Source: Bacteroidota bacterium
GTDB lineage: Bacteria; Bacteroidota; Bacteroidia; Bacteroidales; GCA-2748055
NCBI GenBank assembly: GCA_043797815.1
Contig: JAZDPG010000063.1
Coordinates: 85,232 to 149,231 of the forward strand
Direction of reading: 5' to 3'
Length of the DNA: 64,000 bases
Each line of letters starts with the position of its first letter. Position 1 is the first letter of the stretch. Made by a program: the position numbers and the translations under genes. Of this stretch, positions 17,821 through 25,454 are shown piece after piece. The notes beneath the pieces were generated by a model that was given only the letters and a program-made list of their open reading frames with translations, did no database searches and was not told where the DNA came from.

Positions 17821-18729
17821 TTATTTTAGCTTTCTGATATTGTATTCCTCCATCTGAAAGTGTGTTTCTGCTCCTGAATGACCCTTAAAAAAGATCTTTT
17901 TATAGGTGTCAGGTGGAAGAACAAACCTCATGGACATCATTGTAAAGAGGAACAGGGTGGGCAGGATGATGATCCTTATAAAATGTTTTTTTTGCATGAC
18001 CGGCCATTCCAGGTAATTTGAAAAAGGCATGGCTATCAGCAGGGAAAGGGCAGCTATTAAAAAAGCAACAATGACGATCAGATCGAATACCCCCAAAGTT
18101 TTCACTGTAAAACTTAGGTTTTGAAAAAACAGCGTTGTGGTGCATACACAAAGCAATAGACATAAAAGAAAGAAAAGTCTCTTCAAAAACAGTTGTTTCC
18201 GGAAATGAAAAAGTGATATGATTGCCTCTTTCAGAATACAGGCAGATAATAAAAAATAACCCATAAAAATCATATACATTGCTTCCGAATCAGCACCCAT
18301 CCGGTTCAGGACAAGGCCTGTGATAATTGCCGGAATAAGCCAGGAAATGATATGGGAGGTTTTGTCATGGTAGATGAACAGAAGCAATAAAACGATTCCC
18401 ACCACAAAAATTTCCCCGATCTCTTCAATGGTCCTTTTCAAGTCATTTAAGAAATCGGTTCTTGGTAATCGTATATAGGTGATAAACCAAAATATGATTC
18501 CTATACCATACAGGATAAAAAGCAGCGCCTTAAATCTTGAGGGGATCGAGGACGGCTTGATGATCAGCAAAACACCTAGAGCCAAAGCGATGGCAAAGGA
18601 TGTGATCCCCAGTACTGTTGATACTATATATGTATTGGTAAACCATGAGTGGGCATCTGCAACTATGGTGCCCAGAACGGCAGATATCAGCAGGATCCAT
18701 CTCCAGCGGTTGAGTTTATCCACTTGCAT
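17821..18729 (-). CDS. polytopic membrane protein of unknown function (island gene C)
   Basis: 302-aa ORF, about 8 hydrophobic segments, very AT-rich (hand count 33-47 percent GC per 60-nt line); convergent with B (7-nt gap), divergent from D. Confidence 0.65.
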   Translation of the reverse strand: MQVDKLNRWRWILLISAVLGTIVADAHSWFTNTYIVSTVLGITSFAIALALGVLLIIKPSSIPSRFKALLFILYGIGIIFWFITYIRLPRTDFLNDLKRTIEEIGEIFVVGIVLLLLFIYHDKTSHIISWLIPAIITGLVLNRMGADSEAMYMIFMGYFLLSACILKEAIISLFHFRKQLFLKRLFFLLCLLLCVCTTTLFFQNLSFTVKTLGVFDLIVIVAFLIAALSLLIAMPFSNYLEWPVMQKKHFIRIIILPTLFLFTMMSMRFVLPPDTYKKIFFKGHSGAETHFQMEEYNIRKLK

Positions 18730-18854
18730 ATTCCGGTGATTGAATAGTCAAATTACGACTTTACCAAAGAATTCGCAAGTGATCACCTTGCGGTTCTTTA
18801 CAGATATCTGTTTTTTTAATAACTTATCAATTAATATAATGCTATACAGGTACC

Positions 18855-21800
18855 ATGGCAACTGCTTTCAGTCCGTTTAAATTCCTGGATGCTTACACTC
18901 GTGAAGACAGGGAGATCTTCTTTGGGCGGGACCGTGAGATTGAGGACATATACCAGAAAGTATTTGAGAGCAAGATTCTGCTGGTATATGGGATTTCGGG
19001 AACAGGGAAGACTTCATTGATCAATTGCGGACTGGCCAATAAATTTGCTGAGAGTGACTGGTTGCCCATCAATATACGAAGAGGAAAAGACATTAATGAG
19101 AGCCTGATTTCGGAGATTAAAAAAGCCTCCATTACCGATTTGAAAAAGGGCCTGACCATTCTCAACACGATCCAGTCTGTATACCTGGACCATTTCAAAC
19201 CCATCTACCTCATTTTTGACCAGTTTGAAGAGTTATTCATTTTCGGGGAGCGGCAGGAAAGGGATGTTTTCATGCATACCATTGGCGAAATCGTGAAATC
19301 TGATCTTCAATGCAAATGCTTGTTTTCGATCCGGGAGGAATACCTGGCAGGAGTCACAGAATTCGAAAGTTCCATACCTGATTTTCTGGCCAACCGGATA
19401 CGAATTGAAAAAATGACACATCAGAATGCCAGAGAGGTGATCGAAGGTCCATGTGAAGTGAATGGAATCAAAGTCGGAGATGGATTTACAGATTCCTTAC
19501 TGCATAAACTGAATCCCAATTCCAACGAAATTGAGCTGACCTACCTGCAAGTTTTCCTGGATAAGATCTTCAAACTGTCAGGAGATCACAAAGAGTTTTC
19601 CCGGGCGCAGATAGAACAGGTAGGTGATGTGAGTGATCTGCTTGGGAGTTTCCTGGAAGAACAGATTGGAGAACTTGAAGATCCCGACACAGGCCTGGTT
19701 GTACTGAAGGCTTTTGTATCCACGCAGGGAACTAAAAAACAGATCGGCGAAGAAGAGATTCGTGATTTTGCAAATACGCTGGGCAAACCCCTGGAAAGCA
19801 AAAAGGTTACAGACCTGTTGGTACGGTTTGTGAATCTCCGGGTGTTGAAGGATAAAGATGATCACAACCAGTATGAGTTGAGGCATGACAGCCTTGCGGT
19901 TAAGATATATGAAAAAATCACTCTGGTTGAAAAGGAATTGCTTGAAATAAAGGACTTTCTGGACAATTCATTCAACAATTTTGAGCGCAGGGGCATTTAT
20001 CTGAATGAAGCGGACCTGAAATATATCGCTCCTTATGAGGACAAACTTTTTCTAAGCAAGAAGCTTCAGAGCCTTATTTCTGTAAGCAAAGGTGCCCTTG
20101 TGAAGGCTCAAAGAAGAAAAAGGAGGTTGATCGCTGTTGTGGCCATATGCATGATCGCTGTTTTGTCCTTTTTTACTGGTTGGGCCATACTGGAAAGGGG
20201 AAACGCAATTGATCAATCAAAACTGGCAGAAGCGCAGAGACAGGAAGCCATCGAAGCCGGGTTAGATGCTGAAAAATCTCGTGAAATCGCTGAAGAGAAC
20301 GAAAAAATAGCATTGCTCTCTAAAAAAGAAGCTGAGGAATCCAAAGAAGAAGCAATCCATGCCAGGGATATTGCGACTAAGGAATTGTATGAGAATATAA
20401 GATCCTCATTCACGATCTCCACAATAGCAATGAATGTCCTGTACAGAGGCCTTAATAATCCTATAAGTATCTCGGCATCAGGAATCAAAAAAGAGAATCT
20501 ATTGGTTTCAATTGATAATGGTAGCATCGATTTCGATGAAACGAAAAATAATGGGTATGCAAGACCAGGCGGTTCCCGGAAGGCCACAATCTCCTTAAGT
20601 GGAATTACAAATTTTGGGGATACCCTATATTTGGGGGCAATGGATTTCAGGGTATTAGACCTTCCGAAACCCACAGCAAGTATTGCAGGCCTGAAAGGTG
20701 GGGCAATATCTATGTCAGACCTGATTAATGCCAAGGGAGTTGATGCTGCTGCTGATGATTTTCTGTTTGAGGTTGACTTTGTTGTAACAGAATTCTCATT
20801 GGTAATTGTCTATGGGGGTATTTATTCTTCCCGGTTTTCGGATAGTAACAGGTTTACCCAGGAACAGATACAAATGTTAAGGTTATTTCGTCCAGGCCAA
20901 AAGCTAACAATTGATGATATAAAAGCCATTGGACCAGATGGCAGACTGCGTACATTGAATTCCATCACCTTTGAAATACTTGATTTGTCTGAACCAGAGA
21001 TCCAGGCACTAATAGAAGATCCCGAAGCAATTACAAATATTGAACAATTGATAGCAGTATTACAAAAGTTGGAAAATGAGGAGCGTTGGAGAAGATACTC
21101 AGAAATTGTATCCGATCATTATAAAATCCTGGAGAATGATTTTGAATCGCTGAATAGTGCCCTATGGAATATGTACCTGCATGGAGACAGATATTTCTTA
21201 TTCAGAGCACAGGAGGCAGCAATTGACCTGGTTCAAAAAAGTAATCGTAAACCGGACTACATTCATACCCTGGCAGCCTTAACCTATAAACTCGGGGAGA
21301 TAGAAAAAGCACTGGAACTGGAGAAGGAAGCCATAGTATTGGCTGATGAGAAAGGAGGAGATACTGAGCATTTTCAGACGCTTGTTGTTGAGATGAGTGA
21401 TCCTGAAAACCCGCAGAACTATTTATTTAGAGGTCTGAGAATGGAACGGGAGCCGGGATTAGACGAACAGGCAATGGAAATGTACAGGAAGGCAGTTATT
21501 ATTGATCCAGAGTATGCACCCGGGTGGTATCAACTGGGTAGTATGCATGATCGATTCAGTAATGATGAGGGATTCAGCAGGGACTCGGCCATGTACTTTT
21601 ACGCAAAAGCAATTGAATCTGATCCGGGATTTGAAGATGCGGTTATTTCCATGGTATACAAATATGATAGAAGCCAAACTGATGAGAAGATTGATTTATT
21701 GAATGGTTTTCTTGAAGTGGAGCCGTCGAGTAAAAGTGGATGGCGTTTAATACATCCGCTATATATTGAGGCACAAGAGCTGGAAAAATCATTGGATGCT

Positions 21801-22139
21801 GCCCGCAATTATCTGGAACTGGATTCAGTAAATGTATTTGGCTATACAATGCTCAGTGAATCATACATTTATCTTCAGGACTATGAAGCGTCCATTCATT
21901 CTGCCCGAAAGGGTTTAAGCCTGGGTACTGAAAATGGCAATGCAGAAGCATTTCTTGTAATCGCCTATGCTTTGAATGGAGAATTTGCAAAAAGCGACGC
22001 GATCATTCGGCTCAAAAAGTTTGACATTCAATCCAAACAACGACTCAGCATGAATTTAATTGAAATACTGGATGAATTGGAAAACAATCAAATCACCCAC
22101 CCCGATTTTGAGAAAATCCGTACGTTAATAAATGAATAA
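18855..22139 (+). CDS. nSTAND-type P-loop NTPase - single TM - coiled coil - GldM/PorM-like domain - TPR protein (island gene D)
   Basis: 1094 aa; same NTPase module as B (GISGTGKT, YLIFDQFEELF); TM LIAVVAICMIAVLSFFTGWAIL (20127-20192) after KAQRRKRR; E/K-rich coiled coil; NVLYRGLNNPISISASG...FRVLDLPKPTASI...IKAIGPDGRLRTL (about 20400-20985); TPR-like C-terminus. Confidence 0.85.
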   Translation: MATAFSPFKFLDAYTREDREIFFGRDREIEDIYQKVFESKILLVYGISGTGKTSLINCGLANKFAESDWLPINIRRGKDINESLISEIKKASITDLKKGLTILNTIQSVYLDHFKPIYLIFDQFEELFIFGERQERDVFMHTIGEIVKSDLQCKCLFSIREEYLAGVTEFESSIPDFLANRIRIEKMTHQNAREVIEGPCEVNGIKVGDGFTDSLLHKLNPNSNEIELTYLQVFLDKIFKLSGDHKEFSRAQIEQVGDVSDLLGSFLEEQIGELEDPDTGLVVLKAFVSTQGTKKQIGEEEIRDFANTLGKPLESKKVTDLLVRFVNLRVLKDKDDHNQYELRHDSLAVKIYEKITLVEKELLEIKDFLDNSFNNFERRGIYLNEADLKYIAPYEDKLFLSKKLQSLISVSKGALVKAQRRKRRLIAVVAICMIAVLSFFTGWAILERGNAIDQSKLAEAQRQEAIEAGLDAEKSREIAEENEKIALLSKKEAEESKEEAIHARDIATKELYENIRSSFTISTIAMNVLYRGLNNPISISASGIKKENLLVSIDNGSIDFDETKNNGYARPGGSRKATISLSGITNFGDTLYLGAMDFRVLDLPKPTASIAGLKGGAISMSDLINAKGVDAAADDFLFEVDFVVTEFSLVIVYGGIYSSRFSDSNRFTQEQIQMLRLFRPGQKLTIDDIKAIGPDGRLRTLNSITFEILDLSEPEIQALIEDPEAITNIEQLIAVLQKLENEERWRRYSEIVSDHYKILENDFESLNSALWNMYLHGDRYFLFRAQEAAIDLVQKSNRKPDYIHTLAALTYKLGEIEKALELEKEAIVLADEKGGDTEHFQTLVVEMSDPENPQNYLFRGLRMEREPGLDEQAMEMYRKAVIIDPEYAPGWYQLGSMHDRFSNDEGFSRDSAMYFYAKAIESDPGFEDAVISMVYKYDRSQTDEKIDLLNGFLEVEPSSKSGWRLIHPLYIEAQELEKSLDAARNYLELDSVNVFGYTMLSESYIYLQDYEASIHSARKGLSLGTENGNAEAFLVIAYALNGEFAKSDAIIRLKKFDIQSKQRLSMNLIEILDELENNQITHPDFEKIRTLINE
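18873..20055 (+). repeat. diverged direct duplication, copy 2 (NTPase module of gene D)
   Basis: Alignable to 15033-16224; similarity stops shortly before the TM segments, and the C-terminal regions are unrelated. Confidence 0.75.
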
Positions 22140-22148
22140 ATACCGGAT

Positions 22149-22211
22149 ATGAAATCTCCATTCAAAATGTTTGATTCATGCCCCAGGGTTGCCAGGAAGA
22201 TAATACTATGA
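22149..22211 (+). other. 20-codon mini-ORF, relic of an nSTAND NTPase 5-prime end; possible coupling uORF for the phosphatase gene
   Basis: atgaaatctccattcaaaatgtttgat (MKSPFKMFD) versus gene B start atgaaatccccatttaaattcctggac (MKSPFKFLD); stop TGA overlaps ATG 22208 as ATGA. Confidence 0.5.
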
Positions 22212-24103
22212 ATTCAGAGAATAATAGAACAGTCGCTCCAGGAAAATCAGGAGAGGATCCATTGATTGACATTGATTCACTGAATGAGGAATCGTGGAGT
22301 TTGAGGTATAAGGACCAGGTGGCATCGGAGACCAAAGCCATGACAGCTTTGAGCATGGCCCGGGAAATCAATTATTTCAGAGGGCAGGCTTATGCTTGCC
22401 TGAATCTGGCGGCTGGCCATTTCCTGAAATCTTCTAATAAGGATGCCCTTGAGTTGCTGGCTGATGCTCTCGGTTATTTCAATTCCCATACTGATGAACC
22501 GGGTTACGCTGCGGTCCTCAATTACACAGGCAACATTTATGAAAGTTTTGGAGATTATGAGACAGCCCTGGATTACTGTCTAAGAGCCTACAATACTGCT
22601 GTTCAAATCGGGAACAATGAGATGGTGGGGGAGGTGCAGAGCGTGCTTGGACTGATCTACAGCCGCATGTCGGATTATGACCGGGCGCTGAAGGCACATA
22701 AGGAGAGTCTGCGGATCAGGGAGGAGAAGGGGGACCAGATGGCTGCGGCTTCTTCCCTGAACCGGATCGCCAGGATCCATACCCTGACCAGGGAGTACGA
22801 TAAAGCACTGGAGTATTATAACAGGAGCCTGTCCATCAGGGAGAAGTTGGGGCAGAAAGGATTGCTGGCCTGGACTTACCTTGGATTGGCAAGTACGTAC
22901 GAAGCGATGGAAATGTATGAAGAAGCTAGAGATTATTATAGGAAAATGTTGAAAGGAGAACACCAATGCCTGGACGACCGTTGCAGGATGCAGGCCACTC
23001 TTGGACTGGGAAGAACCCTGCATAAGCTGAACCTTGAAGAAGAGGCTTTAAGTTGCTTTGAAAACTCCCTGGCACTTGCCATACAGCTGGAAGCAAAACC
23101 GCTGCAGGTGGAATCTCATTCTGCCCTGGCTGATTTTTATGAATCTTCAGGTCAGTTCGAAAAAGCCCTTTACCATTATAAGGCATACAGGAGTACCCGG
23201 GAAGCTGTCATGGATGATGAGACCCGCAACCGGTTGAAAAACCAACAGATCGCTTTTGCAGTTGAGAAGAGTGAAAAGGAAAAGGAGATTTTCCAGCTTC
23301 GAAATGTGGAGTTGAAATCGGCGTATGATGAGATCCACCACAAGAACAAAGAGATCACCGACAGCATCAATTACGCCAGCCGGATCCAGGGGGCCCTGTT
23401 GCCGCAGAATGCAAACCTGAAAGGGATGTTCCCGGATCACTTCATTATCTTCCTTCCAAAGGATATGGTGAGCGGAGATTTCTATTGGGCTACAGAGGTT
23501 GGAAAGCAAATGGTTTTTGCTGCGGCAGATTGCACAGGGCATGGCGTACCTGGCGCGCTCATGAGTATGCTGGGAATATCGTTTCTAAATGAGGTGGTGA
23601 TAGAACGCGGACAAACCAATCCAGGTGAGATTCTGGATAACCTCAGGGATGAGGTAATCAAAGCTCTGAAGCAAAGCGGTAAGGCAGATGAGCAGAAAGA
23701 TGGGATGGACATAGCTCTTTGCACCTACGATTCGGAATCAGGGGTTATCAAATTTGCTGGAGCATATAATCCCTTGTACCTTGTCAGGGAAGGATCTCTG
23801 GAAGAGTATAAAGCCGATAGAATGCCCATCAGTTATTACCATGGGGTTCAGGATTCATTTAAGACTACCTCAATCAAGGTACAAAAAGGGGACGCGCTTT
23901 ATCTGTTCTCGGACGGATTCGCTGACCAATTCGGAGGTCCACACCGGAAGAAATTCAAATACAAACCCCTGAAAGAGTTGCTGGAACTTATCCATGAAAA
24001 ATCCATGCAGAAACAGAAACTTGTCCTCTACGAGAAGTTTCTCGACTGGAAAGGGGTATACGACCAGATCGACGATGTGGTGATGATCGGGATCAGAATC
24101 TGA
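22208..24103 (+). CDS. TPR-repeat protein with C-terminal PP2C/SpoIIE-family serine phosphatase domain (island gene E)
   Basis: ORF 22178-24103; ATG 22208 preferred (ATGA overlap with mini-ORF); TPR repeats, coiled coil, then SGDFYW...AADCTGHGVPGALMSM...DGMDIAL...SDGFADQ phosphatase motifs. Confidence 0.85.
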   Translation: MNSENNRTVAPGKSGEDPLIDIDSLNEESWSLRYKDQVASETKAMTALSMAREINYFRGQAYACLNLAAGHFLKSSNKDALELLADALGYFNSHTDEPGYAAVLNYTGNIYESFGDYETALDYCLRAYNTAVQIGNNEMVGEVQSVLGLIYSRMSDYDRALKAHKESLRIREEKGDQMAAASSLNRIARIHTLTREYDKALEYYNRSLSIREKLGQKGLLAWTYLGLASTYEAMEMYEEARDYYRKMLKGEHQCLDDRCRMQATLGLGRTLHKLNLEEEALSCFENSLALAIQLEAKPLQVESHSALADFYESSGQFEKALYHYKAYRSTREAVMDDETRNRLKNQQIAFAVEKSEKEKEIFQLRNVELKSAYDEIHHKNKEITDSINYASRIQGALLPQNANLKGMFPDHFIIFLPKDMVSGDFYWATEVGKQMVFAAADCTGHGVPGALMSMLGISFLNEVVIERGQTNPGEILDNLRDEVIKALKQSGKADEQKDGMDIALCTYDSESGVIKFAGAYNPLYLVREGSLEEYKADRMPISYYHGVQDSFKTTSIKVQKGDALYLFSDGFADQFGGPHRKKFKYKPLKELLELIHEKSMQKQKLVLYEKFLDWKGVYDQIDDVVMIGIRI

Positions 24104-24115
24104 TCCTGGCGCCCA

Positions 24116-25435
24116 CTAAATCCCGCTGAAGTCCACCTTGTCAAACACCAGAGAAGGCAGGATCCAGGATGAGCGGGTATAGACATCGCTTCCCACAGCG
24201 GCCAGGTTTGTCCAGAGCTGCAGGAAATTGCCGGTAATGTTCATTTCCGATACCGGCCGGGTCAGCTTCCCGTTTTCAATCAGGAATCCTTCAATTCCAT
24301 AGGAGAAATCACCGGTGGTCCCGTTGCTGTTGCCCCCGTTGAATCCGGTGACCAGGATGCCCCGGTCAATATCTGCCAGCAGCCCCTCCAGGTCTTTCTC
24401 TCCCGGAGAGAATACCAGGTTGGTGGTGTCGCCTGAAGTGGGCTTCATCTCAAGCTTTTTACCGTAATAGGTGTCGATGTAGTAGTCTTTCAGAACTCCC
24501 TTTTCGAAAATGGAACGCTTTTTTAATGCCAGTCCCTCCCCGTCAAAATGGCGGGATCCGCGTCCGGATACAACAAATGGATCATCCACCAGGGAGAACA
24601 GGTCAGACCCAATCTTTTCCCCTTCCATGCCAATGAGGAATGAGTCCTTTTGCTGTATGGATCTTCCCTGAAGTGCAGAAACCAAGGGTTGCAGTAGCTG
24701 TGCTGCCTGCATGTTCTCAACGATCATGGGCATTTTCGCTGTAAGGATCTTCTCCTGCCCAAGTTTGTCCAGGGCCCGTTTTAATGCCTTTTGCCCGATA
24801 CCCTCTTTGATCAGATCCGAATGGAAGATGGAGGAATCATACCAGTACGCGCTTGGCCTGGCATCACCGCTTTTTACCGAAACCGAAGCCACCAGGGAGT
24901 AAGAGCTGTTCTCCGCGTCTCCTTCGAACCCATTGCTGGTGACCATCACATTCCCGGTCATGCCGTCACTGTAGGATGCGGTTACCGAGATGATGCGGTC
25001 GTCCCTGCCCAGTACCTCTTTTTCTGTGGAGAAGGCAAGGTTGATCTTATCCTGGGGATCGATGTCTTTGAAACCCTTATCCATGGTCTTCAGGTCGTCT
25101 CCGCCTCCCTTGTAATAGAGTCCGGGTTCGGGAAGTGTACGGAATTCATCTTCCGACAGGTATCTGGCACCTGCAATGGCTTCTTTGATGAAACGGCCCA
25201 GTTCTGCTTTGTTGGTGATCCGGTTGGTGGAGATGCTGGAGTATTTTTTGTCTACATAAAGGGAAATCCGCATGTTGTTGCGGTTGGCTTCTTCCAGTTT
25301 ATCGATCTTTTCATCCCGCACCTCAATCCGGCTGCTGTTGTTTTCATAGATGGATACCTGGGCCTGCTGGGCGCCACTTTTCAGGGCGTATTCCATGGCC
25401 CATTTTGCGATACTGTATTTTTCGTCTTTGGTCAT
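24116..25435 (-). CDS. pmbA: TldD/PmbA-family protein, PmbA (TldE)-like, no signal peptide
   Basis: 439-aa ORF; family-typical C-terminal GDFSYGIEGFLIENGK; lacks HExxxH; N-terminus MTKDEKYSIAKW has no signal. Confidence 0.8.
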   Translation of the reverse strand: MTKDEKYSIAKWAMEYALKSGAQQAQVSIYENNSSRIEVRDEKIDKLEEANRNNMRISLYVDKKYSSISTNRITNKAELGRFIKEAIAGARYLSEDEFRTLPEPGLYYKGGGDDLKTMDKGFKDIDPQDKINLAFSTEKEVLGRDDRIISVTASYSDGMTGNVMVTSNGFEGDAENSSYSLVASVSVKSGDARPSAYWYDSSIFHSDLIKEGIGQKALKRALDKLGQEKILTAKMPMIVENMQAAQLLQPLVSALQGRSIQQKDSFLIGMEGEKIGSDLFSLVDDPFVVSGRGSRHFDGEGLALKKRSIFEKGVLKDYYIDTYYGKKLEMKPTSGDTTNLVFSPGEKDLEGLLADIDRGILVTGFNGGNSNGTTGDFSYGIEGFLIENGKLTRPVSEMNITGNFLQLWTNLAAVGSDVYTRSSWILPSLVFDKVDFSGI

Positions 25436-25454
25436 GATTCAGTGTTTTTCCAGG

